NCBI GenBank assembly: GCA_964016885.1
Contig: OZ024743.1
Span: forward strand, 283,154,001 to 283,218,000
Direction of reading: 5' to 3'
From: Eledone cirrhosa
Lineage: Eukaryota
Length of the DNA stretch: 64,000 nucleotides
Shown here: piece by piece, positions 48,306 through 59,704 of the stretch
Layout of the letters: each line of letters begins with the position of its first letter
Numbering within the stretch: position 1 is the stretch's first letter
Notes under the pieces: model-generated
Seen by the model: only the letters and a program-made list of their open reading frames with translations
Databases searched by the model: none
Told to the model about the DNA's origin: nothing
Position numbers and translations under genes: made by a program

Positions 48306-51300
48306 AATGACCATGCTGTAAAATGGAGGGGTAGAGAGGGCCCTTGAGTCTAGTAAGACATCCTCTCTAGTGCTGGTGTCACAAATAAAAGCACCCAGTC
48401 CATGCTGTAATGTGGCGCTGGTGTTAGGAAGGGCATCCAATCAGTGTATCAATGCCAAAACGCTTATCAGCACAGCAACAAGACAGCATAGGAACAACAA
48501 CAAAATATGAAGACGTCGCATCTCAGAGTTGCAACACTTAATGTTGGCACTCTCAGAGGTAGATCTGCTGAAATAGCGGAGATGCTGGAGAGAAGGCAGG
48601 TGGATGTGTGCTGCGTGCATGAGGTGAGATGGAGAGGTGCCTCTGCGAGACTAGTCGTAGGCAAGCGTCTTAGCTATAAGCTATTCTGGGTAGGTAAGGA
48701 TGATGGGTTTGGGGGAGTAGGCATTTTCCTGGCTGAGAAATGGATCAATAAGACAATAGAGGTAGTTCGAGTTAGTAATCGAATAATTAAGCTTAGATTA
48801 GTTGTAGGTAGGAGACTACTGACAATCATCTCGGTCTATCCTCCCCAAGCAGGCCGAGGCAAAGATGAGAAAGACTGCTTTTATGAGCAACTTTTGCAAA
48901 CAACCACAATGACAGAGGACGGAGACATCGTTATGCTAGCAGGAGACTTCAATGGTCATGTTGGACAGCTCCAGGATGGTTACACTGGGGTACATGGTGG
49001 GCACGGTTACGGTTCAAGAAATGAAGAAGGAGTGAGACTTCTTGAATTTTGTGATGCGAGTACATTGACTATTTGCAACACAAACTTCCAGAAACCTGCC
49101 AATCACCTAATAACCTACAAATCTGGTGAGCACATAAGCCAGATTGACTTCCTGCTAGTTAGGCAGCGGGACAGGCAGATAGTGTCTAATACCAAGGCAT
49201 ACCCTGGGGAAGAATGTACCCCACAGCATAGGTTAGTTGTTAGTGATATCTCAGTAAGCAAGAGATGGAATGAGACATATAGGAAGGTGTGGAGAAGAAA
49301 GGTCTGGAAGCTAAAAGACCTTTCACTAAAATACAAATTTAGGAAAGCCCTTCAAGATGTGTATGACGAAAAAGAAGACGATTTAGAGACGTATGACATA
49401 GATAATAACTGGAAGTTCTTACGTGACAACTTGCTGCAGACTACTGATGAAACCTGTGGCTGGAGCAGAGCTCCAACCAGACAGAGAGTGACCTGGTGGT
49501 GGAACAGCACAGTAGATAAGGCTATTAGAGACAAAAGACTAGCATGGAAGGCTTGGGAAAAGGGTGGGAGTAGGGAAGAATATACAGCCACTAAGAGAGA
49601 AGCTAGACGTCAGGTGTACTTAGCACGCAGGGAGGCAGAGAGTAGGAGGTTTGCCAATGTTCTGCGACGGGAAGATCAGAGGCGTGCGGTGTTCCACATT
49701 GCAAGGCAGTGTGTCAATGCAAATCAGGATGTTGTTGGAGATAAATGTGTCTGGGGTGATGCCGGTGTACTTAGTATCACGTATGACCAGAAAAAGGAGG
49801 CCTGGAAATGTCATAATGAGAGACTGATGAATGTGGAGAACGAATGGGAGAGAGAGAAATTACCCTTGGTAGATCCGACAGAGGGACCAGCTATTGAGAT
49901 TGACGAATATAGGGTCCAAGAGGCGATTAGGGAAATGAAAAATGGTAAGGCGGCCGGACCATCGGGAATAGTTGCTGAGATGCTGAAGGCATCAGGGGAC
50001 GTAGGCACTAAACTGGTTGCACGTATCATCAATCAGGCTATATATGGTGGTGTCATACCCAAAGACTGGTGCAGCAGTATTCTCATAAATTGCTACAAAG
50101 GTAAAGGGGATGCTTTGGAGAGGAGCAATTATAGGGGTATAAAACTGATAGATCAGGTTATGAAAGTGGCAGAAAGGATTTTAGCACAACTAATTAGAGA
50201 AAGGGTCAAACTAGATGAGATGCAGTTTGGTTTTGTGCCTGGGAAGAGTACAACAGATACCCTCTTCTTGGTGAGACAAATGCAAGAGAGGTTCTTAGAG
50301 AAGAATAAGCCACTATACTTAGCCTTTGTTGACCTAGAGAAGGCCTTTGATAGGGTACCCCGATCCGTCATCTGGTGGTCCCTAAGGAAGCTAGGTGTTG
50401 AGGAATGGCTTGTGAGGACAGTGCAAACTTTGTACAGAGGTACTCTCAGTAAAGTCAGGGTAGGAATGGAGTTTAGTGAGGAATTCCAGATACAAGTAGG
50501 AGTACATCAGGGTTCGGTCCTCAGCCCGCTCTTGTTCATTATAGTCCTCCAAGCCATAACAGAGGAGTTTAAGACTGGCTGTCCATGGGAACTTCTCTAT
50601 GCTGACGATCTGGCTCTTATAGCAGAATCAGTAGAGGAGCTAGAGAATAAATTCCGGCTATGGAAACAGCAGTTGGAAGCAAGAGGACTGAGAGTAAATC
50701 TAGCTAAGACAAAAGTGTTGATGAGTAGAAAAGAGGACAAAACCCTGATTCCGTCAGGGAAATGGCCATGTTCGATATGCAGAAAAGGAACTGGCATAAA
50801 TTCTATAAAATGCACACAATGCAGGTCCTGGGTACATAAGAGATGTAGCGGGATAGCAGGCAAACTAACAGGTAGGGAGAAATATGTATGCAGTAGATGT
50901 ACAGGGAAATTAGACAGTAGAAGTCGCACTGATAGACACATTTTTCAAATGCGAGAGGGCGCTATAGAAGTGGTGGATAGCTTCCGGTACCTAGGAGATC
51001 AGATTAGCATGGGAGGAGGGTGTTCCGAGGCCATAGTATCTAGAATAAGGACAGGTTGGAAGAAGTTTAGGGAGCTGCTTCCTCTGTTGACGAAGAAGGG
51101 TTTCTCCCTGCGTACGAAAGGCCGGTTGTATGGTGCCTGTGTGAGGAGCGCGATGCTGCATGGTAGTGAGACATGGGCAGCAACCGCAGAGGATATGCGA
51201 CGGCTGGAGAGAAATGAGGCAAGCATGCTCCGTTGGATGTGCAGTGTAAATGTGCGTGAACGACCCAGCATAAATGTGTTGAGAGAGAAACTGTGTCTGA

Positions 51301-51597
51301 GAGGGATAGAATGTAGTGTACGGGAGAGGAGACTGAGGTGGTATGGACATGTGATGCGCATGGAGGATGACCGATGGGTGAAGAAGTGCCAGGAAATGCG
51401 AGTTGTAGGAAGACGTGGTAGAGGTAGACCACGAAAAACATGGGCGGAGGTGGTGAGAACAGACCTCAGATCATTAAAGCTCACGGTGGAGATGACGAGG
51501 GACCGTGACGAGTGGAGAGATGCTGTGCTGAATAAGACCCGTCCCACCCTTGCAAGCAGGGAAAAGCGGACGTAAAATGATGATGATGATGATGATG

Positions 51598-51599
<2 letters not shown>
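48306..51599 (+). mobile_element. RTE LINE family A, apparently full length
   Basis: About 200 bp of 5' UTR, a single ORF, and a (GAT)n tail right after the stop; (TA)n on both sides. Confidence 0.9.
48507..51575 (+). CDS. RTE-clade endonuclease/reverse transcriptase, 1022 aa, uninterrupted, with PHD-like C4HC3 finger
   Basis: APE motifs TLNVGTL, VHE, GDFNGH, QIDF, QHRLV; RT motifs NYRGIKL, QFGF, DLEKAFDRV, HQGSVLSP, YADD, FRYLG; C-terminal RLRWYGHV, GRPRKTW. Confidence 0.95.
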   Translation: MKTSHLRVATLNVGTLRGRSAEIAEMLERRQVDVCCVHEVRWRGASARLVVGKRLSYKLFWVGKDDGFGGVGIFLAEKWINKTIEVVRVSNRIIKLRLVVGRRLLTIISVYPPQAGRGKDEKDCFYEQLLQTTTMTEDGDIVMLAGDFNGHVGQLQDGYTGVHGGHGYGSRNEEGVRLLEFCDASTLTICNTNFQKPANHLITYKSGEHISQIDFLLVRQRDRQIVSNTKAYPGEECTPQHRLVVSDISVSKRWNETYRKVWRRKVWKLKDLSLKYKFRKALQDVYDEKEDDLETYDIDNNWKFLRDNLLQTTDETCGWSRAPTRQRVTWWWNSTVDKAIRDKRLAWKAWEKGGSREEYTATKREARRQVYLARREAESRRFANVLRREDQRRAVFHIARQCVNANQDVVGDKCVWGDAGVLSITYDQKKEAWKCHNERLMNVENEWEREKLPLVDPTEGPAIEIDEYRVQEAIREMKNGKAAGPSGIVAEMLKASGDVGTKLVARIINQAIYGGVIPKDWCSSILINCYKGKGDALERSNYRGIKLIDQVMKVAERILAQLIRERVKLDEMQFGFVPGKSTTDTLFLVRQMQERFLEKNKPLYLAFVDLEKAFDRVPRSVIWWSLRKLGVEEWLVRTVQTLYRGTLSKVRVGMEFSEEFQIQVGVHQGSVLSPLLFIIVLQAITEEFKTGCPWELLYADDLALIAESVEELENKFRLWKQQLEARGLRVNLAKTKVLMSRKEDKTLIPSGKWPCSICRKGTGINSIKCTQCRSWVHKRCSGIAGKLTGREKYVCSRCTGKLDSRSRTDRHIFQMREGAIEVVDSFRYLGDQISMGGGCSEAIVSRIRTGWKKFRELLPLLTKKGFSLRTKGRLYGACVRSAMLHGSETWAATAEDMRRLERNEASMLRWMCSVNVRERPSINVLREKLCLRGIECSVRERRLRWYGHVMRMEDDRWVKKCQEMRVVGRRGRGRPRKTWAEVVRTDLRSLKLTVEMTRDRDEWRDAVLNKTRPTLASREKRT

Positions 51600-51676
<77 letters not shown>

Positions 51677-51684
51677 CATATATA

Positions 51685-52851
51685 TCATCATCATCACCGT
51701 TTTAGGTCCGTTCTTCCACGCTAGCATGGGTTAGACGGGTTGTCCTGTTGTGGGCAGTGTCTGGTCGGCTGACCATGCCTTGCTCATACAGGAACTGATT
51801 TGGCTTGATTTCTACAGCTGGATGCCCTTCCTAACACCAACCTCATTTACAGTGAGTGCTGGGTGCTTTTTCGTGGCGCCTACACGTCCACTTTACAGTG
51901 TGGGCTGGGTGCTTTTTTGCCGTGGCACCTCCACGACCACCTTGCGGTGGGGGGTGTGGGGGCATATTGTCTATATGCTTCAGCTTGTACCCATGGGAGG
52001 TCGGGTACTCTGTATTACTGCGTGACGCCAGAAGTCACGGTCGTGTGTCATTGTCTTTGAGAGGTGTAATTGGGTAAGGTCGGCTTTTATCACCTCATCC
52101 CAGGTCATCTTGGGTCTCCCCACTCCGCGGTTTCCATCAACTTCTAGTGCTCTGCACCTTTTTATGCAGCTGTCATCCTTCATACGCATCACATGTCCAT
52201 ACCAGCACAACCGCCTCTCCTGCACACAGCATTTGATTCCTCTTATGCTCAGTCTCTCTCTCAATTCATTTATGCTTTGTCGTTCACGTATATTATTGTT
52301 ACACATCCATCGGAGCATGCAGGCTTCGTTTCTCTCTAATCTACGTAAGTCTTCCACCTTCAGCGCCCAGGTCTCGCTACCATGCAACATCGCTGTTCGG
52401 ATACACGCATCATACAGTCTGCCTTTCATTCTGAGGGAGAAGCCTTTTGCAGCTAGCAGTGGTAGTAGTTCCCTAAACTTCTTCCATCCCGTTCTTACCC
52501 TAGTTATTGCACTTTCTGAACACCCACCTCCGTTGCTAATTCGGTCACCTAGGTAGCAGAAGCTGTCTACTGTTTCTACAGGGCCCTCCCAGAGATTGGT
52601 GGTACTTGTTTCCTGTGGTTGTTTGCTGTTTGCTGTCTCAGCACAGCTGCTGCATGCGAATCCTACATTCTTAATTAAGCTTCCTGAGATCCCGCTACAT
52701 CTCTTGTGTACCCATTGTTTGCATTTGGGGCAGAGAATGGAGTTCCTACCTACACCTTTCCTACATACTGAGCAAGGCCATTTCTCTGAGGGGATCTGGG
52801 TTCTGTTTTCTCCTCTACTTACAAGGACCTTAGTCTTTGTCATGTTGACTT
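51685..52851 (-). mobile_element. RTE LINE family C, short 5'-truncated copy
   Basis: ORF 51980-52843 homologous to the C-terminal part of 48507-51575; (CAT)n tail at 51685; (TA)n at the truncation point. Confidence 0.92.
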
Positions 52852-52864
52852 TATATATATATAC

Positions 52865-55800
52865 ATCATCATCATCAGCACCATTTTACGTTCGTTCTTC
52901 CACGCTAGCATGGGTTGACGGGTTGTCCTGTTGTGGGCAGTGTCTGGTCGGCTGACCATGCCTTGCTCATACAGGAACTGATTTGGCTTGATTTCTACAG
53001 CTGGATGCCCTTCCTAACACCAACCTCATTTACAGTGAGTGCTGGGTGCTTTTTCGTGGCGCCTACATGTCCACTTTACAGTGTGGGCTGGGTGTTTTTT
53101 TGCCGTGGCACCTCCACAACCACCTTGCAGTGGGGGGGAGGCATATAGTCTATATGCTTCAGCTTGTACCCATGGGAGGTCGGGTACTCTGTATTACTGC
53201 GTGACGCCAGAAGTCACGGTCGTGTGTCATCGCCTTTGAGAGGTGTAATTGGGTAAGGTCGGCTTTTATCACCTCATCCCAGGTCATCTTGGGTCTCCCC
53301 ACTCCGCGGTTTCCATCAACTTCTAGTGCTCTGCACCTTTTTATGCAGTTGTCATCCTTCATACACATCACATGTCCATACCAACGCAACTGCCTCTCCT
53401 GCACACAGCATTTGATTCCTCTTATGCTCAGTCTCTCTCTCAATTCATTTATGCTTTGTCGGTCGCGTATATTACTATTACACATCCATCGGAGCATGCA
53501 GGCTTCGTTTCTCTCTAATCTACGTAAGTCTTCCACCTTCAGCGCCCAGGTCTCACTACCATGCAACATCGCTGTTCGGATACACGCATCATACAGTCTG
53601 CCTTTCATTCTGAGGGAGAAGCCTTTTGCAGCTAGCAGTGGTAGTAGTTCCCTAAACTTCTTCCATCCTTTTCTTACCCTAGTTATTGTACTTTCTGAAC
53701 ACCCACCTCCGCTGCTAATTTGGTTACCTAGATAGCAGAAGCTGTCTACTGTTTCTACAGAGCCCTCCCAGAGATTGGTGGTACTTGTTTCCTGTGGCTG
53801 TTTGCTGCTTGCTGTCCCAGCACAGCTGCTGCATGTGAAGCCTACATTCTTAATTAAGCTTCCTGAGATCCCACTACATCTCTTGTGTACCCATTGTTTG
53901 CATTTGGGGCAGAGAATGGAGTTCCTACCTACACCTTTCCTACATACTGAGCAAGGCCATTTCCCTGAGGGGATCTGGGTTCTGTCTTCTCGTCTACTTA
54001 CAAGGACCTTAGTCTTTGTCATGTTGACTTTGAGACCCTTTCTTTCTAGTCACTGCTTCCAAGTTTGGAATTTCTTCTCTAGTTCTACCATAGATTCAGC
54101 TATAAGTGCGAGGTCATCAGCATATAGGAGTTCCCATGGGCATCCAGTCTTAAACTCCTCCGTTATTGCCTGCAGGACTATGATGAACAGGGGGGGGGGG
54201 GGGGGCTAAGAACAGAGCCCTGGTGGACCCCAACCTGTACGCTAAATTCCTCGCTATACTCATTGCTAATCCTAACTTTGCTGACTGCTCCCCTATACAT
54301 GGCTTGTACCGCTTTCACAAGCCATTCATCTACTCCTAGTTTTCTAAGAGCCCACCAGATTACAGCACGTGGAACTCTGTCAAAGGCTTTGTAGCGGTTG
54401 TCTCCCTTGTTTTGACTCACAACCCCAATAGATTAACAACATCTAGACGGGAAGTAGAACCCTTTCTGTAACTTCCGGCAGAGCCCTATAAAACGAATAG
54501 CCTTCGGCTCTCTCCCTCTCATTTGCCCTTCCGGCGCCTGGCCTTCGCCAGGCGTCTCGCGTTTGCCTGGCAATCAAAACGGTAACTACTAACTTTGCTT
54601 CATTCTTTCATATATTTCATTGACATGTCAACTATACTATTAGATTGTTAATTAAATATTATACACACAAACCATGTCTCCTTGTTAAATTCATACAACC
54701 CAGTACTCTCGCTATATTGGTAACCCTGACGTGATACGAACACGCAGCCGTTCATCGCTATAAGTGGTCACCCCGAAAAAAGAAAAAAATAGCAGATTCT
54801 GAAGTTGTGTGAGTAACATTACGAATACACAGCAAAATTTTATTGACAAACTATGAAAATACGCAACCAAGAAACGAACACACCACGCACATGTGAAATT
54901 CGCGTTCAGACAGACTTTTTCTCTCACGCATCAACTAACTGTCGCATTTCACGATATATATATGTTTCTCGTTTCTTACAACGAACACTTTCAAAAAAAA
55001 CAAAAAAAAAAACAAAAGAAATTTGATATTCTTTAAAAAACATTTCAACAGGAACATTTATTTTCGATGAACCATTGCCTTTTTTTTCATCGTTTTCTTC
55101 ATCGTTCAAGTTTTTTTTTCCCAAAGTTCACACCAATAATTATGCTAAGTGAAGCCTTTCTTTTTCATCATTGTCACTTTCACACTTGTACTATCATTTT
55201 CTCGCACGTTAGAAATATTATTTTTTCAACCTAGCTTAACCTTGTGTTGGCACGTGTAGGCAGCACAAATTCTTGGCTCACAGAGATATCTCGGCTCACA
55301 GAGATAGCCGCACGCCAGAGATAACGTTTCTCGCCAAGGATTCTTCAGCCTTAAGCTATATTCTCCTATTTGCCGGTTTAAAAATTTACCACGTAAATTT
55401 GCCGTTGAAAACTGCGCATTTATTCAGAATGCTTATTTCTTTGGTCGCTGGCATCTTGACCCTTCCAGGTCAACGCATTCTCAACATCGACCATCAACTT
55501 CGGCTGTTATTTCTAGCACTTTGCGCAACTCATTTTTTCTGAAAAAAATTTTTTTACTGTGAATTTAAACACCGAATACGCTCTCTCCGCGAGACAGCAA
55601 CACAGCTTCACCAACAACCAAAACCAGCAGAACAAGCCAGAGAATTTATTTTTGCAGCACTCTTCCTGTGAGAAAATCCATTCGGAGGTTGGAAATTTCA
55701 CGATATACCACAGAACAGAAACCACCTGCATTCATTCTCTGGAACACACTTTCTTTCCTGCTGTCATGTGATTGCACACCTGTGAACTATATTTTGTACA

Positions 55801-57651
55801 TTTGAACTTTGAGCTCTTCTCTTACTTTATTACATTGTATCTTTGGGTGATGGATAGATAGATGTCCAGTCGTTCTCTGGCCAAGAGCGGTTGGCTACCT
55901 TGATATCTATCATTGATTTTTGCAAACATTCTTTTGTCGTAATTTTCATGCCTGTTACAACATTCTCGCCAACTTGCAACATATTTCATGCGATTTTTAT
56001 ATTTTAAAATTCTGGCGGGAGGTTATGTAGCGGTTGTCTCCCTTGTGACTCACAACCCCAATAGATTAACAACATCTAGACGGGAAGTAGAACCCTTTCT
56101 GTAACTTCCGGCAGAGCCCTATAAAACGAATAGCCTTCGGCTCTCTCCCTCTCAGTTGCCCTTCCGGCGCATGGCCTTCGCCAGGCGTCTCGCGTTTGCC
56201 TGACAATCAAAACGGTAACTACTAACTTTGCTTCATTCTTTCATATATTTCATTGACATGTCAACTATACTATTAGATTGTTAATTAAATATTATACACA
56301 CAAACCATGTCTCCTTGTTACATTCATACAACCCAGTATCTTCGCTATAGCTTTCTCAAGATCGACGAATGCCAGGTAGAGTGGCTTACTTTTAGCTAGG
56401 TACTTTTCCTGTAACTGCCTCACAAGGAAGAGGGCATCAGTGGTGCCTCTTCCTGGTACAAACCCAAATTGCATCTCATCTAGTTTCACCCGGTCCCTAA
56501 TCAACTGTGCTATAACTCTTTCTGTTACTTTCATGACCTGGTCCATCAGCTTTATACCTCTATAGTTTCCTCTATCTAGTGCATCACCTTTACCTTTGTA
56601 GCACTTGACAATGATGCTACTGCACCAATCTTTTGGTATGACACCTTCTAGTATTACCTGGTTAACAATACGTGTGGTTATAGTGTGACCTACAGACCCA
56701 GATGCCTTCAGCATCTCGGCAGTTATACCCGATGGACCGGTTGCCTTCCCCATCTTCATATCTTTGATTGCCTTACTTACTACGTTGCTGCTGACTTGTA
56801 CTGCTGGCCCCTCTATAGGGTCTACTTGGGGTAGGGTCTCTTCTTCCCATGCATTCTCCTCATTTAGTAATCTATCATAATGACTCTTCCATGCATCTTT
56901 CTTCTCAGCACTTGTGAGGGAAAGCTCACCTTTATCATTCCAGATACACTTCTCTCCAATGACATCACAATTCTCTCTGACACACTGCCTCGCAATCTTG
57001 AACACCTCCTGTTTCTGGTCCTCACGTTGCAAAACATGCTTGAATTTTCTATCCTCTGTTTCCCTCCTAGCTAAGTATATTTGTCGCCTAGCTTCCCTCT
57101 TGGTCTCTATGTAATGTGCCCTGCTCCCCCCATTCTTCCACTCTTTCCATGCCTGTCTCTTGGCCTTAACTGCCTCATCTACCTTATTGTTCCACCACCA
57201 AGTCACTCTCCTCCTGCTTGTGGTCTTACTCCAACCACAGACCTCATCCGTCGCCTCTAGTAAGTTATTTTTTAGGAACTCCCAGTGCTCTTCTACATTG
57301 AATGTCTCTATCTGTTCTTCTTTACTGTCGTAGGCGTTGAGTAAAATATCTTTAAATCTGTTACTGGTTGAGGGGTCTTTCAGCTTCCAGATCTTTCTTC
57401 TCCAGGTTGGCCTCTGTTTCCAGGTTCGTCTAGTTCTGACTGTGAGGTCGCTGACAACTGAGCTATGTTGGGATGTACATTCCTCACTAGGGAAGGCTTT
57501 TGTGTTTACGACTGTCCATCTGTCACGTCCTCTGATGAGGATAAAATCTATCTGACTAGAATGCTCCCCTGATCTATAGGTGATCAGGTGGTTGTCGGGT
57601 TTTTTGAAGTTTGTGTTACATATCGACATGTCATTGGCGTCGCAGAATTCT
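52865..57651 (-). mobile_element. RTE LINE family C, long 5'-truncated copy split by an LTR element
   Basis: ORF pieces 56292-57755, 54178-54420 and 53159-54022; the DLEKAFDRV codons are split at the insertion; a G-run at 54190-54205 disrupts SPLLF. Confidence 0.92.
54390..56349 (+). mobile_element. Complete non-coding LTR element, copy B (TRIM/LARD-like)
   Basis: LTRs 54390-54716 and 56026-56349 (TGTAGCG..CGCTATA), PBS tggtaaccctgacgtgat, purine tract ggcgggagg, 4-bp TSD GCTT (54386-89 and 56350-53). Confidence 0.93.
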
Positions 57652-57652
57652 C

Positions 57653-57684
<32 letters not shown>

Positions 57685-57807
57685 CATATATATATTATAT
57701 ATATATATATATTATATTTATTTACATAAAGCCCGGAGCATATGTGCATAAACACGCTCCGTACTGTATTATGGCTAATATGATGATATATATATATTAT
57801 ATATATA

Positions 57808-57910
57808 TATCATCATCATCTTCATTTAACGTCCATCTTCCATGCTAGCATGGGTTAAACGGGAGTTGTCCCACTTGAGGCAAGGTTGATTGGGTGACCG
57901 TGTCTCACTT
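57808..57910 (-). mobile_element. Isolated RTE 3'-tail fragment
   Basis: (CAT)n + tttaacgtccatcttccatgctagcatggg. Confidence 0.7.
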
Positions 57911-58009
57911 CTATTCATTGTTGTGGATCAATGAATAGGATAGGAAACTTAGTGATTTAGGAAAAAGTAGGTATGATGATTGATCATTTATTCCTTTTAG
58001 ATTAATATA

Positions 58010-59704
58010 GAAGAATCTAGATGAAATGCAGTTCGGGTTTGTGTCAGGTAAAAGTACAACACACACTCTTTTCATTGTACAAAAACTACAGGAGAAGTAC
58101 CTAGCTAAAAGTAAACCCCTAAACTTAGCTTTTGTTGACTTGGAGAAAGCCTTTGACAGAGTACCCCGCTCAATTATATGGTGGGCCCTTAGAAAACTAG
58201 ATGTTGATGAATGGCTTGTGAGAGCTATACAAGCCATGTATAAAGAAACAGTAAGCAAGGTTAGAATTAACAACGAATATAGTGAAGAGTTTAGCGTAAA
58301 AGTTGGTGTTCATCAGGGCTCCGTCCTTAGCCCCCTACTATTTATTAGTGCCCATCAGGCTATAACAGAGGAATTCAAGACCGGCTGCCCATGGGAACTA
58401 CTATACGCAGATGATCTAATGCTCATAGCTGAATCAATGGCTGAACTAGAGAAGAAATTTCAAACATGGAAGCATGGCCTAGAATCAAAAGGCCTTAAAA
58501 TTAACCTGTCTAAGACTAAAGTTCTAGTTTGTAGGAAGGAAAATAGAGCACAGGTCCCATCTGGGAAATGGCAATGCTCAGTGTGTAGGAAAGGAGTAGG
58601 CAGAAACTCCATTTTATGTCCCAAATGCAAAGTATGGGTGCATAAAAGATGTAGTGGGATCACAGGTAAGCTAACTAAGAATATAGATTTTATATGTGGT
58701 CGGTGCTCAGGTGCAATAAGTAGCAGCAAGTGCCCACAGAATACTAGCTCATTCCATTGCACAGATGGGTCTATAGAAATAGTGGACAGCTTCTGTTACC
58801 TAGGTGACAAAATCAGCAGTGGTGGAGGGTGCTCTGAAAGTACAGTAGCTAGAGTCAGGATGGAAAAAGTTCAGAGGGCTTATACCACTAATGGCCGCTA
58901 AAGGGTTCTCTCTAAAAATGAAAGGCAGGTTGTATGATGCCTGCATACGAACAGCAATGTTGCATAGCAGTGAGACTTGGGCATTGTGTGCAGAGGATAT
59001 ACGCAGACTGGAGAGGAATGAAGCTTGCATGCTCCGTTGGATGTGTAATAGTAATATACGTGAACGGCAAAGCATAAATGAACTAAGGGAGAAATTAGGA
59101 ATAAGAGGAATCAGATGTTGTTTACTCGAGAGAAGACTACGTTGGTATGGTCACATGATGCGCATGAAAGACGACAGCTGTATAAAAAAGTGCAGGGGGA
59201 TAAAAATAGATGGTAGCCACGGAGTAGGCAGACCCAGAAAAACCTGGGACGACTTGATAAATTCCAACCTCACACACTTACACCTCTCCAAGACAATGTC
59301 ACTGGACCGAGATCTTTGGCGCTATACAGTAATAGAGAAGACCCACCTTGCCTAAGTACAAAGCGAAACCTACAGTCAGTAGGCCCCTCTAACAAAATAC
59401 CCCCCCCCCCCATCCACACCACCCCTTTCGATGTAATGTTATGTTGGTACCACAACATCCAGTCCGAAATAAATGAGGTCACGAAAAAAAAAACACACAG
59501 TCCACGCTGTAACGTGGCCGTGTAGGTAACACGGTAAAAACCTCCCAGTCCTCACTGTAAACGTGGTTGGGCAGCCAGCCGTAGAAAACCCGCCAGACAG
59601 TCCTATACGAGCAAGACAACCAATCTTGTCTCAAGTGGGAAAACTCCCATCCAAACCCATGCAAGCGTGGAAGATGGACGTTAAACGATGATGATGATGA
59701 TGAT
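58010..59704 (+). mobile_element. RTE LINE family B, 5'-truncated, frameshifted
   Basis: ORFs 58026-58901 and 58891-59355 nearly identical to 44850-46188; same 3' UTR and (GAT)n tail. Confidence 0.93.

Noticed and set aside
49115-51727. Antisense ORFs over the RTE elements (also at 45183-45908, 52110-52955, 53289-54209)
   Set aside because: Shadow frames of the LINE ORF with no independent motifs.
54190-54205. Programmed frameshift or regulatory G-run in the RTE RT
   Set aside because: Absent from the other RTE copies; more likely a local homopolymer expansion or sequencing error.
55273-55771. Small ORFs inside the non-coding LTR element
   Set aside because: No recognisable domains; similarity to copy A is explained by recent common ancestry.
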